Origin: Pocillopora verrucosa | Lineage: Eukaryota | Assembly (NCBI RefSeq): GCF_036669915.1 | Contig: NC_089313.1 | Location: forward strand, 5,241,331-5,305,330 | DNA length: 64,000 bases | Direction of reading: 5' to 3' | Made by a program: the position numbers and the translations under genes | Shown here: positions 63,777-64,000 of the stretch, in pieces | Numbering within the stretch: position 1 is the first letter of the stretch | Layout: the number at the start of each line of letters is the position of its first letter | The notes under the pieces: generated by a model | Databases searched by the model: none | Told to the model about the DNA's origin: nothing | Seen by the model: the letters and a program-made list of their open reading frames with translations, nothing else

Positions 63777-64000
63777 CTACATACCAAAGAAAAAAAAGTT
63801 TCACTTTTAATTTTAAGTTTAGTTAGGGTGGGTTCAGGTGTTGAAAACTTGATGGCTTATTACTGCCAAAGTTTCTTGGTTTCCATTAACCCTTTACACC
63901 CTAACATCAGTATTCATATTCTTGTTACTGTTCTCTGTACATGTAATAAGGTGCTGACCAGGAGAATTTGTCTAACAATCAAGAGTTTTTTTTGGTAGGT

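Noticed and set aside
1-64000. CRISPR arrays, rRNA and tRNA genes
   Set aside because: No short direct repeats with unique spacers, no conserved rRNA segments, and no tRNA cloverleaf candidates were found by eye on either strand.

Overview
This window is eukaryotic nuclear DNA, not a prokaryotic island. Genes are split by GT-AG spliceosomal introns, several end in AATAAA signals, introns are AT-rich (about 40% GC overall), and short MITE-type repeats are very dense. It reads as an invertebrate metazoan genome, possibly cnidarian-like, but the organism is not determinable from sequence alone. Hand translation across splice junctions recovers eight protein-coding genes, all conserved housekeeping or secreted-protein genes. 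(1) The 3' end of an ER-type FKBP with EF-hands, + strand, 1..1208. (2) A complete NADPH-cytochrome P450 reductase (POR), - strand, 16 coding exons, 3016..13970. (3) A TBC1D10/EPI64-family Rab-GAP, + strand, 19467..about 26625. (4) Cob(I)alamin adenosyltransferase MMAB, + strand, 29761..35990. (5) A somatomedin-B plus thrombospondin-type-1 (SBSPON-like) secreted protein, + strand, 40115..47368. (6) Mediator subunit MED21, - strand, 51081..53532. (7) Ribosomal protein P2 (RPLP2), + strand, 54848..55810, placed head-to-head with MED21. (8) The 3' two-thirds of an SMG5/SMG6-family nonsense-mediated-decay factor with a C-terminal PIN domain, - strand, 57552..63776, continuing past the window end. 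About 10% of the window is TTAA-flanked, piggyBac-like MITEs (at least 30 copies in three subfamilies, almost all intronic). There is also a TA-flanked DNA transposon with 27-bp terminal inverted repeats, long hairpin repeats, a CCAAT-box-rich dispersed repeat, a tandem triplication of part of a POR exon inside its own intron, and several microsatellites. I found no CRISPR array, no operon-like gene cluster, no rRNA or tRNA genes, and no candidate for a new defence or mobile system. The most interesting items are structural: the MED21-RPLP2 head-to-head pair, the intronic exon-fragment triplication in POR, repeat-shaped splice sites, and a frame inconsistency at the MMAB exon 1/2 junction. All coordinates come from manual reading and codon counting. 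Exon boundaries should be within a few nt but were not checked by any alignment tool.
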